56,238 nt of DNA from an uncultured delta proteobacterium (GTDB lineage: Bacteria; Desulfobacterota; Binatia; JACPRU01): contig CAVPWJ010000057.1 in NCBI GenBank assembly GCA_963708955.1, positions 1 to 56,238 on the forward strand, written 5' to 3'. The position numbers were made by a program, and so were the translations under genes. Shown in pieces: positions 55,648 through 56,238 of this stretch. The first letter of the stretch is position 1; the number at the start of each line of letters is the position of its first letter. The notes below the pieces were generated by a model. The model was not told where the DNA came from. It saw nothing but the letters and a program-made list of their open reading frames with translations, and made no database searches.

Positions 55648-56238
55648 GCGCCGGCTCGCAGCACGGACTCGAGAATCGCCAAGCCTTCGTCGGCCTCGGA
55701 AGCGGTGATCGTCAGCGGCGGCAGCAGGCGAATCACACGGTCGGCCGTACAGTTGATCACCAGCCCGCGCTCGAGCGCAGCGGCCACGAACGGCCGACCG
55801 GGGCGGTCGAGCTCGAGGCCGAGGATCAGCCCGCGGCCGCGCGCGTCGCGGACGATCGGCAGCTCGCGCAAGCGCTGGATTCGCTCGAGGAACCGTTGGC
55901 CCATCACGCGGCAATTCTCCAGCACGCCGTCGCCGAGCAGCGTCTCGATCACGGCGCTGCCGGCGGCGCAGGCGAGCGGATTGCCGCCGAACGTCGAGCC
56001 GTGGGCGCCGGGGCCGAGCGCCGCGCCGAGCGCCGCGGTGGTGAGCATCGCGCCGATCGGCACGCCGCCGCCGAGTGCCTTGGCGAGCGTCACGACGTCG
56101 GGGCGAACGCCTTCCTGCTCGTACGCGAAGAGCGTTCCGGTGCGGCCCATGCCGACCTGCACCTCGTCGAGCATCAGCAAGAGCCCGTGGTCGTCGCAGA
56201 GCTTGCGGAGCTCGCGCAGGTAGCCCGCCGGCGGGATC
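55644..56238 (-). CDS. argD: Acetylornithine aminotransferase, C-terminal part (gene continues beyond window end)
   Basis: ..[58 protein letters not shown].. is a class-III PLP aminotransferase, with the Schiff-base lysine in TLAKALGGG. Confidence 0.9.
   Translation of the reverse strand, partial: IPPAGYLRELRKLCDDHGLLLMLDEVQVGMGRTGTLFAYEQEGVRPDVVTLAKALGGGVPIGAMLTTAALGAALGPGAHGSTFGGNPLACAAGSAVIETLLGDGVLENCRVMGQRFLERIQRLRELPIVRDARGRGLILGLELDRPGRPFVAAALERGLVINCTADRVIRLLPPLTITASEADEGLAILESVLRAGA

Noticed and set aside
53513-55914. Long N-terminal extensions of the argG (to 55267) and argF (to 55914) ORFs in the track
   Set aside because: The extensions overlap the upstream genes in other frames and are Arg/Pro-rich. 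The canonical N-termini [15 protein letters not shown] and [11 protein letters not shown] start at 54727 and 55647.
1-56238. Scan for CRISPR arrays, rRNA, integrases/recombinases, toxin-antitoxin pairs and known defence-system hallmarks
   Set aside because: I noticed no regularly spaced repeats, no cas-like, integrase-like or nuclease-helicase gene sets, and no rRNA-like sequence. The only mobility gene is the IS transposase. The YajD-like HNH protein is a widespread stand-alone housekeeping-type gene.

Overview
High-GC chromosomal segment from a diderm bacterium, judged from the RND pump, LpxL-type acyltransferase, RlpA and lipoboxes. Most genes are ordinary housekeeping or metabolic genes. 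Left to right: an IS4-like insertion sequence abutting a truncated hybrid histidine kinase; a frameshifted lipoprotein with a tail-fibre-type S74 chaperone domain; a 2,921-aa cyclic beta-1,2-glucan synthase (NdvB/Cgs type); plant-type glutamate-cysteine ligase; MoeA; tRNA-Cys(GCA); an RRM RNA-binding protein with a decayed tandem paralogue; the NAD-dependent formate dehydrogenase operon fdsGBAD; a domain-permuted ADP-forming acyl-CoA synthetase; an RND efflux pair whose adaptor carries an in-frame TAG; and RlpA. Next comes a ~12.4-kb minus-strand block (30.25-42.6 kb) of visibly lower G+C. It encodes both subunits of a biotin-dependent acyl-CoA carboxylase, a DinB-like protein, two luciferase-like oxidoreductases, three amidohydrolase_2 enzymes, a Zn-ADH and a VOC protein. 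Truncated gene relics (hemN', SDR', NMO') sit at both edges of this block. Further out, a diverged direct repeat (a crotonase-gene 3' end plus conserved non-coding DNA) brackets it. After the block come a 1,361-aa internally duplicated envelope protein with no domain I can name, a small lipoprotein, an acyltransferase, a coiled-coil protein, bactofilin, dienelactone hydrolase, a SAM methyltransferase, a YajD-like HNH protein and argG-argF-argD'. I saw no CRISPR array, rRNA, integrase or recognisable defence genes. The best candidates for something undescribed are the foreign carboxylase/amidohydrolase/LLM island and the two-module giant envelope protein. All family calls come from motif recognition by eye, not from database searches.
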